Of a stretch of DNA of 64,000 bases, positions 52,246 through 61,372 are shown in pieces. The notes beneath the pieces are model-generated. The model made no database searches, had not been told where the DNA came from, and was given only the letters and a program-made list of their open reading frames with translations. Position numbers and translations under genes: made by a program. Each line of letters begins with the position of its first letter. Positions within the stretch are counted from its first letter, which is position 1. The stretch comes from a virus (Duplodnaviria; Caudoviricetes), in IMG/VR virus record IMGVR_UViG_3300044904_000102, positions 1,729 through 65,728 of that record; one strand, given 5' to 3'.

Positions 52246-53330
52246 TGGAAAAGAGCGACAAGCTCGTACTGCTGCCGCCGCGTGAACTGGGGCCTAACCT
52301 TATTCAGGGCTTGGCGCGTTTGCGTGAAGAAGCGCCTAAGATCATTGACGTGGAAGTCTTCAAGCGACGCATGTTGGTGGTAGAAGAGGCAAGAACTTAT
52401 GCCAAGCAGTTTGGACGTGAAGAGGGAAAATATATACCGCCATACTTCGCGACTCGCCTGACGCTGGAGCGGCGCCTGGGGGAGCTGCTGGCCAGAACGG
52501 TCCATCCTGGGCAGCCACAAAAAAGAATTCTCATCCCGGATGAGAATACTTTACCTGAAGGCATTACCTGGAACCTCTCCAGCGCCGCCCAGGCTCTCGC
52601 GAAGACGCCGAAGCGCTGGTTTAACAAGCTGATCATCGACATCCTAAGCGGTGAGCGGCGATTGAATGTGAAGGAGATTTATCTTGAAGCGAGGCGCATC
52701 GGGGCGGGCGTAACGGCTATCGAAACGGAGAGTGATGGCGTGATCCTGGGGGACTTCCGCGAAGTTGGAAAGGATATTCCCGATAACTCGGTCGCCTTGA
52801 TCTTCACCGATCCGCCGTATGACCGCGCCAGCCTGCCACTTTACGGTGAGGTTGCGAGCCTAGCTAAGCGGGTACTGCTGCCCGGTGGAAGCCTGATCGT
52901 GTATGGGCCCAACTACGCCTTACCTGAAGTCATGAACCTGTGCGGCGAGCATTTGAGCTACTGGTGGACGTTGGCCTTTCTGCTTCCGGGCGATAACGCC
53001 TTGATGCGGGAGTTTGGCGTGCGGGTGGGATGGAAGCCGCTCGTCTGGTTTACCAAGGGGGGCCGCTTTAATAAACAGCAGCTCTTGTTTGATGTCATCC
53101 AAGGCGGAGCTAAGGAAAAAACTGAGCATGAATGGCAGCAGCAAATCGGGGCGGCGGAATCACTAATTAGGTTATTGACGGCCGAAAACGACTTGGTGCT
53201 TGACCCGATGTGCGGATCAGCGACCACGCTTCTCGCAGCGCGGCGCTGTGGTCGGCGTTATTTGGGAATCGAAGTTAAGGCAGAGACGGTAAGTTTGGCG
53301 CGCGAGAGGATGGCAAATCATAAAATCTGA
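52245..53330 (+). CDS. DNA N6-adenine/N4-cytosine methyltransferase (beta class) with N-terminal extension
   Basis: LIFTDPPY, RVLLPGG, VLDPMCGSATT, RRYLGIE. Confidence 0.9.
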   Translation: MEKSDKLVLLPPRELGPNLIQGLARLREEAPKIIDVEVFKRRMLVVEEARTYAKQFGREEGKYIPPYFATRLTLERRLGELLARTVHPGQPQKRILIPDENTLPEGITWNLSSAAQALAKTPKRWFNKLIIDILSGERRLNVKEIYLEARRIGAGVTAIETESDGVILGDFREVGKDIPDNSVALIFTDPPYDRASLPLYGEVASLAKRVLLPGGSLIVYGPNYALPEVMNLCGEHLSYWWTLAFLLPGDNALMREFGVRVGWKPLVWFTKGGRFNKQQLLFDVIQGGAKEKTEHEWQQQIGAAESLIRLLTAENDLVLDPMCGSATTLLAARRCGRRYLGIEVKAETVSLARERMANHKI

Positions 53331-53378
53331 ACTGATGGCGCCGGTCCCGGTCCCGGCCTCACCAGAAGGGAGCAGTCG

Positions 53379-53966
53379 ATGACACGAGAACAGCAAGCAA
53401 AAAAGTTGACCGAGCAGGCGAAGGAATCCTACAAGCGGATTGGCCGGGAGTGGACGATGCTCGCGGGGATCTTCGCCAAGGTGATCGACGGCAAATTGTG
53501 GGACATTGAATACGATTCGTTTGAAGACTGGCTTGACGCGGTCGGGGATAAGAAGGAATCACAAGCCCGCGCGATGGCGAACACCTACCGGGAACTATCC
53601 CAAACCGTGGCGGAAGAGGTACTGAGCCAGATGACGTTCACGAACGCCTGCGACTTTGCGAAAGTCCCCGCCGCACGCCGGACGGTCGAGATGGAGCTGG
53701 GGGCCGCGGAACTGCCGAACAACCAATACCGGAAGCAACTCAACATGGCCGTGCCGGGGCTGGCGCTGGAAGAGCGAAGCTACAAAGGCTTCTTCTTGGA
53801 GAAATCGCAGATGGATGTGGTGAATCAGGCTCTCACCCTGTGCCGGGAGCGGGAGAGCCTGGCAACGGACACGGCGGCGCTCGAATACATCTGCTCACAG
53901 TATCTCATCGGAGAGGGAGCGCTCGTGCCGGCGCTCGTCCTGGCGGAAAGCGTGAAAGTGCAATGA
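53379..53966 (+). CDS. Hypothetical protein
   Basis: GGGAG SD; LWDIEYDSFEDWL. Confidence 0.6.
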   Translation: MTREQQAKKLTEQAKESYKRIGREWTMLAGIFAKVIDGKLWDIEYDSFEDWLDAVGDKKESQARAMANTYRELSQTVAEEVLSQMTFTNACDFAKVPAARRTVEMELGAAELPNNQYRKQLNMAVPGLALEERSYKGFFLEKSQMDVVNQALTLCRERESLATDTAALEYICSQYLIGEGALVPALVLAESVKVQ

Positions 53967-54193
53967 GCAAAACGAACGCGGCGATCCGGGCGCTGGACGA
54001 TGAAATCTTCGCGGTCATGATGCGGCATCGCTTTGCCGGAGTCAAAGACCAGGGCATGGACCGAGTGTCCTGGTATGCGGAATGTTCCTGCGGGGCTTAC
54101 ATTCTCTGGCGGTGCATGACGGACACAGGGATTCAAACGCATTTCCGTCACCTTGCGGAGCAGATCGCGATAAGGCTGCGGGAGTTGGGCTGA
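53963..54193 (+). CDS. Hypothetical protein
   Basis: ATGA overlap; H..ECSCG..H motif. Confidence 0.5.
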   Translation: MSKTNAAIRALDDEIFAVMMRHRFAGVKDQGMDRVSWYAECSCGAYILWRCMTDTGIQTHFRHLAEQIAIRLRELG

Positions 54194-54213
54194 TAGGGTA
54201 AGAAAAAGTCACG

Positions 54214-54507
54214 ATGACCAGTCATACCGACCAAATTCGAGCGTTGCTGGACGAAGCGCCTTCGACGGCGTATGAGCTGGCGCGCTTGGTCAAGGTGGGC
54301 GACCGGGCAATGCTGACGGCGCTCTGGCGCTTGATGCGGCGCGGCGAGGTGCAACTGACCGGGCGAGTCATGCGCAAGGTGGGGCATGCCAAAGGGCACC
54401 AAATCTATGAACTCACATCGGGGGGGCACACGGTCCTGCAAGGCCGACAAAAGGGGGAATCTGAAAATGAGCACGCCAATGACGGAAGCCGAGAAGAAGT
54501 GGATTGA
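54214..54507 (+). CDS. Winged-helix DNA-binding protein
   Basis: IRALLDEAPSTAYELARLV..ALWRLMRRGEV..IYELT. Confidence 0.65.
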   Translation: MTSHTDQIRALLDEAPSTAYELARLVKVGDRAMLTALWRLMRRGEVQLTGRVMRKVGHAKGHQIYELTSGGHTVLQGRQKGESENEHANDGSREEVD

Positions 54508-54679
54508 CAACGCATCGTATCGTGACTTGCTTTACAAGATCCGGTTTGCTCCCGTGGGCGAGCCGATGTTCACGGGGGACACCGGAGAGTATTTCGTCAA
54601 GGTGCAGCGCGAACGGCGCGCAGCTCCGGGCGGAGACGTGGAGCACGTCCGCGCCTCGAAAGAGATGGGTGGGCGATGA
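54467..54679 (+). CDS. Conserved phage hypothetical protein
   Basis: KKWIDNASY.DLL...RFAP.G.PMF.G.TGEYF. Confidence 0.6.
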   Translation: MSTPMTEAEKKWIDNASYRDLLYKIRFAPVGEPMFTGDTGEYFVKVQRERRAAPGGDVEHVRASKEMGGR

Positions 54680-55212
54680 AGCCTCGCTGTGTGACTCACA
54701 ACCGGACGCTGCGGAAGATTCCGGGCATCGGCTTCGTCTGCAAGGTAAGGGGCTGCCCGACGCGCATCAAGGTGGACTGGCCGCGCCCGGAGCGCCAGCC
54801 GATGGCGCGGCAGGGGAAGGCAAGGCCCTCACGCGTGACGAAAGGCGGCCGAGTGATCCTGTCACGGCATCATTATGTCGGGCTCTGCTATGAGATTTGG
54901 ATTGATACGGGGAAGCAATGCTCGAAGTGCGGGTGGTCACTCCCGGTATTTTCAACCGAGCTGTTCGATCACATCATCAAGCGCTCTCAGGGCGGCGGGG
55001 ACACGCGGGAGAATCTGCGGCCGCTCTGCGGGCGCTGCCATGACGTGGAAGACAATCAAGGCGGGAAATTATCGAGAAAGCAGCAAATCCAAAAAGAGAG
55101 GGAAACACAACATGGACACACCAGCAACAAAAGAGCCGGGGGCGGAGAAGATTCCGCCAGACATGATCGTCCAAAACCTGTTACTGACGAGCCTTCTGTC
55201 GTCACCGTTTAA
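54676..55212 (+). CDS. HNH endonuclease
   Basis: CSKCG..FDHIIKRSQGGGDTRENLRPLCGRCHD. Confidence 0.82.
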   Translation: MKPRCVTHNRTLRKIPGIGFVCKVRGCPTRIKVDWPRPERQPMARQGKARPSRVTKGGRVILSRHHYVGLCYEIWIDTGKQCSKCGWSLPVFSTELFDHIIKRSQGGGDTRENLRPLCGRCHDVEDNQGGKLSRKQQIQKERETQHGHTSNKRAGGGEDSARHDRPKPVTDEPSVVTV

Positions 55213-55855
55213 CCCTCGGGGGAAGTACAGCCGGGACCCCGAAAAACTGAAAGAGCTGGCCGCCGACATCAAGATGCACGGTGTTCAGCAGGCAATCCTA
55301 CACCTGGCGCTGGTGATCTTCACGCCGTTCACCAGGGGCGAAGAGTGCCGCCTTGCCTGGAATGCGCGCGAGGGCGTCCCTGACCTGTCTTTGAACAAGA
55401 CCGAGTTGACAGGCATCCTCCAGCGCGGGATCAGATACGTCGGGCTCGACATTGCTCCCGGCTTCGCCGATGAGATCGTGAATCTGGTGAATTTCGTGGG
55501 GCAGACGGACGGCATCGTCATGCGGCACGTGCTGGAGCACAACTACGCGTGGAAAGACATCCTGCGCAACGCGCTCGCATCTTGCCGCGTCCGGCCGGAC
55601 GGGGCCGGGAAGTACGAGATCGTCTTTGGAACGCGCCGCGTGGAAGCGAGCAAGATTGCCGGGAAAGAGACGGTCCCGGCCGTCGTACGCGAGCTTTCAG
55701 CCGAAGAAGCGATGACGCTCGCGATGGTTGAAAACTTGCAACGGACAGACATTCATTTCAAGGACATGATGAAGAAAGGGCGACACAAGCCACTTCCTAA
55801 AAGATGGGGTGTGGGTTCACGGCCAGGGCCAGCAAAGGAAGCGAAAGTGCGATGA
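55112..55855 (+). CDS. ParB N-terminal (CTPase-like) domain protein without HTH, interrupted in frame by a 96-codon insertion
   Basis: SPFNPR..LKELAADIKMHGVQQAIL|insert|VRP..YEIVFGTRRVEASKIAG..VPAVVRELS..ALAMVENLQR-like core. Confidence 0.85.
   Translation: MDTPATKEPGAEKIPPDMIVQNLLLTSLLSSPFNPRGKYSRDPEKLKELAADIKMHGVQQAILHLALVIFTPFTRGEECRLAWNAREGVPDLSLNKTELTGILQRGIRYVGLDIAPGFADEIVNLVNFVGQTDGIVMRHVLEHNYAWKDILRNALASCRVRPDGAGKYEIVFGTRRVEASKIAGKETVPAVVRELSAEEAMTLAMVENLQRTDIHFKDMMKKGRHKPLPKRWGVGSRPGPAKEAKVR
55301..55588 (+). repeat. Exact, circularly permuted copy of 6617..6904 (6785..6904 followed by 6617..6784)
   Basis: Base-by-base identity read directly at both loci. Confidence 0.95.
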
Positions 55856-56100
55856 GTTTAGATGTTCCACGTGAAACCTCGGACGGGAATGGGCACATCT
55901 GCCCGGAGTGCAATCATGCCGGGGGCCATCATCTGATGGGCATCGGCTGCACCGTTGTGATCGCGTGGGAGCGTGAAGAGCAAACGAACGGCTTTGGCCA
56001 GGCCGTGCTGCCGCTCGACCTGGTCAAGGCGGAAGAGGACGGGGAGCCGGTCATCCCCGTCCTCTGCCCATGCGAGCGATACGATGAGGGGGCTCGATGA
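55852..56100 (+). CDS. Hypothetical Cys-rich protein
   Basis: ATGA overlap; CPECNH..H..C..CPC. Confidence 0.5.
   Translation: MSLDVPRETSDGNGHICPECNHAGGHHLMGIGCTVVIAWEREEQTNGFGQAVLPLDLVKAEEDGEPVIPVLCPCERYDEGAR
55863..55878. promoter_or_regulatory. Chromosomal-type parS site
   Basis: TGTTCCACGTGAAACC, 15/16 match to consensus TGTTNCACGTGAAACA; 7 nt after the ParB-like stop. Confidence 0.75.
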
Positions 56101-56627
56101 CGAAGAGAAAGCCACTGCCGATGATGAAACATCTGACCTGGCTTGTTAAGACGCTCCTGCGGGCCTACCCTGACAAGGTGTTCGTCCTGGGAATCATCGG
56201 GGAGTTTGCTCGACTGATCCGCAAGCGGCGCAGCGAGAAGCGTGGGGCATCGAGCACAACCTGCATATCCTGCGGAGGATGGATTTCAAAAGAGCGGGAA
56301 GTCTTGCGGCAGCATACATGCTCAGTGCAGTGCCAGGATTGGTATAGGAGATTGACCCGGGCAATCGATGCTGCGAAGTACTGCCGATATTGCGGACATG
56401 GATATCCAAAGGAACGTCAGAAATCGGTCAGTACGCGCCGGCCAGCCCGGGTACGGGTAAGGAGACAGGCAACTGACAGGGACGCAATTAACAGGCGTGG
56501 CGCGGCGCGCCAAGGATACCGTATTCACCGACCGACCATCACACCAGGGACTTTGTTGCGCCTGATTCCCAACAAGCGCGAGGGCGTGGACCGCGAGGCC
56601 GTTGCCGAGGCGCTTGAAAAGAGTTAG
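56097..56627 (+). CDS. Hypothetical Zn-finger protein
   Basis: CISCG..TCSVQC..CRYCG. Confidence 0.5.
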   Translation: MTKRKPLPMMKHLTWLVKTLLRAYPDKVFVLGIIGEFARLIRKRRSEKRGASSTTCISCGGWISKEREVLRQHTCSVQCQDWYRRLTRAIDAAKYCRYCGHGYPKERQKSVSTRRPARVRVRRQATDRDAINRRGAARQGYRIHRPTITPGTLLRLIPNKREGVDREAVAEALEKS

Positions 56628-57002
56628 CATGCTATCCACTTTTGAAACAGTTTGGGCGGTGCACATTATGAGGCTGGTTAACTCGTGGAAGGGGTACGTA
56701 TGGACGAGATTGCAGCCCCCGCAAGGCCGCCCAAAGAGAATGGCAGCACGCGGCGTGGCAGACTCCAACACGCCAGAGGCAAAGATTGCTTGCTCCGTGA
56801 AACTCGGGGCCGTGCTGCCAGAAGTAGGGCGTGCGTCGTCGATGAAGGCTGCAAGGATGGGCTGATAATCGCAAACGGCCACGCCCCAGAAGCAGGGGTG
56901 AGGCGCTCCACCGGCGCCAAGCGAAGCCGGGGGCCAAGTGAGTTTCCCCGGCCACCCCTGCCCTGCTGATGATAAGCCCGGAGCCGGGAAGGAGCCCAAT
57001 CC

Positions 57003-57284
57003 ATGAACTTCCCTGAGTGTACAGGATGCGGAGTGGAGCACCGGAAAAGTTGCCCCGCGTCGACCACCAGCTTGGCACAGCAGGGCTTGCGCATACTCAT
57101 TGCTGCGGGGTGTATGAAAAGCGGCGTTGCTAAACCCGATGATGACGATAGCCTTAAGCAGCCCAGCGAATTGACCGTAGTTCCGACGACGACCGCAACC
57201 TGGTGGTGTTGCTCCGCGGAATTCGGTGAGCATGAACCGACCTGCAAAAACTTCGTGAACCGCCTAAGCGAGGAGAGGAAATGA
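57003..57284 (+). CDS. Hypothetical protein
   Basis: AAGGAG SD; Cys/His motifs. Confidence 0.45.
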   Translation: MNFPECTGCGVEHRKSCPASTTSLAQQGLRILIAAGCMKSGVAKPDDDDSLKQPSELTVVPTTTATWWCCSAEFGEHEPTCKNFVNRLSEERK

Positions 57285-57309
57285 CAGTGACGCGGAAAAG
57301 GAGCAAAGA

Positions 57310-57732
57310 ATGACGCCGGAAAACGCTTTGAAATGGGCAACGTTATTTCATGAAACTTACGAGGCAAACGCTCCGCGTTTTGGCTATGAAACCAGGCTAG
57401 AGACGCGCCGCTTTGACCCGGATTCTGATAACGGCAAACTCATGCTGCTTGTTTGTTCAAAAGTCGTAGAGGTGGCCCAGGCCGAGAACCCCGCCCTCCG
57501 CGAGCGAGCTGAGAAGGCGGAGGCAGCATGCTTGGAGTGGAGACGAATAGTTGCGGATGTGGTTAATTCTGCGGCTTCGTCGGGGATGTACACAGGCGTT
57601 CTTGTTAAAGACGACGCATACTTAAGACTTTGCACTTTCTACGCCCAGTCTATAACCCACGACCAGCCCTCGTCCACGGGCGTGCGGGAGTCCCTGAACG
57701 AGGGGGGGGAAGGAGCCCCCCATGCAAAGTGA
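57310..57732 (+). CDS. Conserved phage hypothetical protein
   Basis: LFHETYEANAPRFGYETR..NGKLM..VC. Confidence 0.6.
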   Translation: MTPENALKWATLFHETYEANAPRFGYETRLETRRFDPDSDNGKLMLLVCSKVVEVAQAENPALRERAEKAEAACLEWRRIVADVVNSAASSGMYTGVLVKDDAYLRLCTFYAQSITHDQPSSTGVRESLNEGGEGAPHAK

Positions 57733-58009
57733 GTTTGATTCATTCATGGAAACTGAGTTTGGGGATTATGCAGACTACTCTTCCGTAGAAAAAGCAGAGG
57801 TATTGTTCATAGGTCGCAAGGCTTGGGACGCCGCTCTTGTTGCCGTAGCGAAGGTACGATGCGGGTGGTGTAATAGTGGGTACAAGTTGACGTGCGATGG
57901 GCAGGGGAGATTTTGGCACCCTAACCCCGAGCCGAATTACAAGCCTGCAGCGTACTGCACGGCGCAAGTTGAGAATCGCCTGCGCGAGGAGAAGGGTTCT
58001 TGTGGCTGA
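57722..58009 (+). CDS. Hypothetical protein
   Basis: AAGGAG SD. Confidence 0.45.
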   Translation: MQSEFDSFMETEFGDYADYSSVEKAEVLFIGRKAWDAALVAVAKVRCGWCNSGYKLTCDGQGRFWHPNPEPNYKPAAYCTAQVENRLREEKGSCG

Positions 58010-58170
58010 AGGATTTCACTTCGTCCGTCCGCCCACCAACGCGACAGGATAGCGTCAGGGGGACGGAGTAGTGCTGCGAGTTACATGGGTCCGCTCGCCA
58101 GGAGTTGAGACTTGGCGGGCGGGCGGACGGAGCGAAACAAGGCGTGAAGGAATTTGCAGGCGAGGCATAC

Positions 58171-58827
58171 ATGATGATGCGCAGAGCGATAGTCTGTGTT
58201 GCCACGGGGGAGCGTTACGGGCGGGGGCTGGACCGGCTCATCGGGAGTCTGGATAAAATGGATCGCCTGAGCGCCCGGCATTTCTGGCGCACCCTTCCTG
58301 CCGAGTGGCCAAGGCATGAGGACAACCCGTATGCCTTCAAGGCGTTCGCCTTAATGGCGTCGGCTGCGACCGCGGATCTGCTTCTCTGGTGTGATGCGTC
58401 CATGCGCGCCGTGCGTCCGCTTGGGCCGCTGTGGGATCGCATCGAACGCGAAGGTTTCTGGATGGGTGGGAATCCCGCATGGTCGAATTATCAATGGACG
58501 GCCGATAGCGCGTACGCTGATCTGTTCCCGGAACTCACGCTTGAGGAAGCGCGCAAGGTCAATCGTACAATCCCGCACGGGCAATCCTCGGCTTTCGGGA
58601 TAAACCTGGACAGCGAGGCCGGAGCGTTCTTTCTGCGGGAATTCTATCGGTTGGCCGACAGCACGCGAGCCTTCTGCGGCCCAAAGAAAAACCTAAACTG
58701 CAACTGCGGGCCGGCTGACGTGATAGGGCACCGGCAGGATCAGACGGTCGCAACTGTTCTTGCCTGGCGGGTTGGCATACACCTGTCTGACTGCGAGCAG
58801 CTGTTGATCGACAGATCGTTCCGGTGA
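58171..58827 (+). CDS. Putative nucleotide-sugar glycosyltransferase
   Basis: PYAFKAFAL, LLWCDAS (DxS), GHRQDQT motifs. Confidence 0.7.
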   Translation: MMMRRAIVCVATGERYGRGLDRLIGSLDKMDRLSARHFWRTLPAEWPRHEDNPYAFKAFALMASAATADLLLWCDASMRAVRPLGPLWDRIEREGFWMGGNPAWSNYQWTADSAYADLFPELTLEEARKVNRTIPHGQSSAFGINLDSEAGAFFLREFYRLADSTRAFCGPKKNLNCNCGPADVIGHRQDQTVATVLAWRVGIHLSDCEQLLIDRSFR

Positions 58828-58873
58828 GACGGCGTGAAACGGAGTCCAATATAACGGAGTCGAGGAGGCGTTT

Positions 58874-59056
58874 ATGACGGTGAACATCGGGATATATGTG
58901 GTGAGCGTCATCGTGGCGGCGCTGATCGGGTTTGCGGTCGGCCGGATCAAGAACGCGAAGAAGCTGGCCGAAATCGAGGGATTGCTGACCGGGGCAGAGA
59001 GCCACATGGTGAAGGAAGTCAGGGAGATGGCCAGCTATATCAAGAGTAAACTCTAA
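58874..59056 (+). CDS. Small single-TM protein
   Basis: GAGGAGG SD; TM helix. Confidence 0.6.
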   Translation: MTVNIGIYVVSVIVAALIGFAVGRIKNAKKLAEIEGLLTGAESHMVKEVREMASYIKSKL

Positions 59057-59209
59057 CAAGAATCGGCGGCAGGTGAACGCGGCAGGTTGAGTGGTGATAT
59101 CTGCTTTCGCTATCGGTTGGATATCGGAAATCTGCTGAGTCCGGCCCGGGGCATGTGTTACGGAGGACGGGCGCGCCGCCGAGAAGTTTTGAAAGGGAGA
59201 CTGAAAAGG

Positions 59210-59605
59210 GTGAATAAAACATCGAGCAAGTTCAAGGAATGGATCTTGCCGACGATCGGCATCCTATCGCTGGGTTACACGTTCGGGATCGATGCCTGCC
59301 GGGAGCACAACATCAGGGTGACGACCACTGCGGCCGACCAGGCGACGATCCTACAGCTTCAAAAAGACCTTGAGGCGGTGAAGGCGAAGCAGGAGAGCAG
59401 CTTCGTGCCGCGCGCTGAATTCGACCGGGCGATCAACGATCTGCACGACGACATGCGGCGGTCAGCGGTCGTGAACGCGCTCAGCATGAACAGGCCGACG
59501 AAATCGCGGGGGCTCACCGAACCGTACCTGGGGATGCCTGCGTCTTCGCCTGCCGAGGTGGGCATGAAGCCGAAGTCCGAAGGCCATTCGGCGCTGACGA
59601 AGTAG
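59210..59605 (+). CDS. TM plus coiled-coil hypothetical protein
   Basis: Hydrophobic N-terminus; FVPRAEF motif. Confidence 0.5.
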   Translation: MNKTSSKFKEWILPTIGILSLGYTFGIDACREHNIRVTTTAADQATILQLQKDLEAVKAKQESSFVPRAEFDRAINDLHDDMRRSAVVNALSMNRPTKSRGLTEPYLGMPASSPAEVGMKPKSEGHSALTK

Positions 59606-59620
59606 AAGGGGAAATCAACG

Positions 59621-60343
59621 ATGAGCGATCCGATTCAAAGCCTGTGGTGGGGCCGGCTCTCGGCGATGGAGCGCCTTTGCGCGGCATCCTATATTGCGAA
59701 CGGGCACCCGTTTCATCTGTATACGTATGGCCCCGACCCTACCGATCTTCCCGACGGGGTGGAATTGGAGGACGCGAACGAAGTCGCCCCACAATCCAGG
59801 ATGGCAGATTTCCCTTCGGTGGCTCAGTTTTCCGATTTCTTCCGATACAAGCTCTTGCTTGAGAGGGGCGGCTGGTGGGTTGACATGGACAGCGTTTGTC
59901 TGCGGCCGTTTGATTTCGCTGCAGAATACGTCCTGGTGCGGCACATCCGGCAACCTCCGGGCGATTTCGAGCTGGTGATCTCCAACGGCTACATGAAATT
60001 CCCGCCAGGCTCGCCGGTGATGAAGTGGGCTTTGGAGCAATGCCGGATGGCGGATCGCAGCAAGCTGGCCTGGGAAACATTGGGCCCGAAACTCATAACG
60101 CAGGCGATGTGGAAATTCTCGCTCAAGTGGGAGCCAAGCGGCCTGTTCCTGCCGATACCGTGGTGGGAGTGGGGGAAGATTCTCGAGGCCGCGGCGCCGC
60201 CGCTGCCCGAGGATGCGTATGCGGTCCATCTATGGAACACGGAGTGGTCGCGGGCGCGCATGAACAAGGATGCGACTTATGCGCCCGAAAGTCTTTATGA
60301 GCAACTGAAGCGGCGGTACGCTGCCGCGATGGGAAGGTGCTGA
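59621..60343 (+). CDS. GT32-like DXD glycosyltransferase (alpha-1,4-glycosyltransferase-like)
   Basis: FSDFFRYKLL.ERGGWWVDMDSVCLRPFD, W..LGPKLIT, YAVHLWN. Confidence 0.9.
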   Translation: MSDPIQSLWWGRLSAMERLCAASYIANGHPFHLYTYGPDPTDLPDGVELEDANEVAPQSRMADFPSVAQFSDFFRYKLLLERGGWWVDMDSVCLRPFDFAAEYVLVRHIRQPPGDFELVISNGYMKFPPGSPVMKWALEQCRMADRSKLAWETLGPKLITQAMWKFSLKWEPSGLFLPIPWWEWGKILEAAAPPLPEDAYAVHLWNTEWSRARMNKDATYAPESLYEQLKRRYAAAMGRC

Positions 60344-60825
60344 TGGCGGCGCCGCTTCAATTCGATCTGCCGGGCTTCACAACCGAGGGCCAGAAGCTCT
60401 TTCGCAAACGCTCGCAGCAATTGATCGGAGCGTTGAATCAGCGCATGAAGAAGAAAGGTTTCAAGGGACGCCTGGCTCTTGCAAGTGGCCGCGCAGCGCT
60501 CGCGAAGGGAGTCGGGAAGCCGTGCCGCTATTGCGGGGAACGCATCAAGATCAAGACGATGAGCCCGGATCATCCGACGCCGCTTGCCCGCGGGGGCAAT
60601 GCGTGGGAGATCGAATGCATCTGCCGGTCCTGTAACGAAATCAAGAGTGAGTTGATGGCCGAGGAATTCCAGGCGCTTCTCAATTTCATCAAGACACTCT
60701 GCCCAGAGGCTCAGGCGGATCTCAAGCGGCGGCTTCACGCGGGGGCCTTTGGAATTCGGATGATGGCGCAGAGGGCGGGCAGAAAGTATGTCAAGAAGGA
60801 GAAGGCTGCCGAGCCTGCCGGATAA
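60343..60825 (+). CDS. HNH endonuclease
   Basis: CRYCG..SPDHPTPLARGG..ICRSCNEIKS. Confidence 0.8.
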   Translation: MAAPLQFDLPGFTTEGQKLFRKRSQQLIGALNQRMKKKGFKGRLALASGRAALAKGVGKPCRYCGERIKIKTMSPDHPTPLARGGNAWEIECICRSCNEIKSELMAEEFQALLNFIKTLCPEAQADLKRRLHAGAFGIRMMAQRAGRKYVKKEKAAEPAG

Positions 60826-61070
60826 TGGCAATTCTTATTACGAATGAGGGCGGCCTACTCGAGTTCGAGGACCGGGAAACGGTCAACCGCGTCTGTGAGC
60901 AGTACGAGTTCGAGGGAAGCGTTTTGGAGGGAATCATCGAGAAGGAACTGTGTCGCCTGGGCGAGGAGATGATGACCTGCAAGCGAGGGCAGGGGCCGAC
61001 GGTCTTCAAGTTCTGGCGATTCGTGCTGTGCGGGCCGGGCCAATATACACCGTGCTACTTGGAGGACTGA
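60825..61070 (+). CDS. Hypothetical protein
   Basis: TAATG coupling. Confidence 0.5.
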   Translation: MAILITNEGGLLEFEDRETVNRVCEQYEFEGSVLEGIIEKELCRLGEEMMTCKRGQGPTVFKFWRFVLCGPGQYTPCYLED

Positions 61071-61071
61071 G

Positions 61072-61359
61072 ATGCCATGCCGACATGTTGATCTTGGTGA
61101 TGGAACACACGCAATCGTCTGGTCGAGGGGCGAACGGACGAAGCCGTGCCACTACTGCGGACGCCCAAGTGAGAAGCTATGCGATTATCCGCTGCGGGGG
61201 CCGAAGGCAGGGAAGACGTGCGATATCCCGATGTGCGCGGCCTGCGCGACGCATTATGATTTTGACCGGGATTATTGTAAGCCCCATGCCGCGCTCATCA
61301 GGTCCGGTGAAATTCCCACCGTCAAGAAGGAGTTGAAAGATGAAGATATCCCGTTCTGA
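61072..61359 (+). CDS. Conserved phage Zn-finger protein
   Basis: CHYC..LCDYP..KTCD.PMC..C..DYC..H; GGAGG SD. Confidence 0.65.
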   Translation: MPCRHVDLGDGTHAIVWSRGERTKPCHYCGRPSEKLCDYPLRGPKAGKTCDIPMCAACATHYDFDRDYCKPHAALIRSGEIPTVKKELKDEDIPF

Positions 61360-61372
61360 GGAAGATCGAATC

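Noticed and set aside
56602-56969. Overlapping short ORFs (56602, 56685/56700)
   Set aside because: No motifs and competing frames; cannot choose one.
58010-58140. Possible tRNA
   Set aside because: No T-loop GTTCRA, cloverleaf or CCA end.
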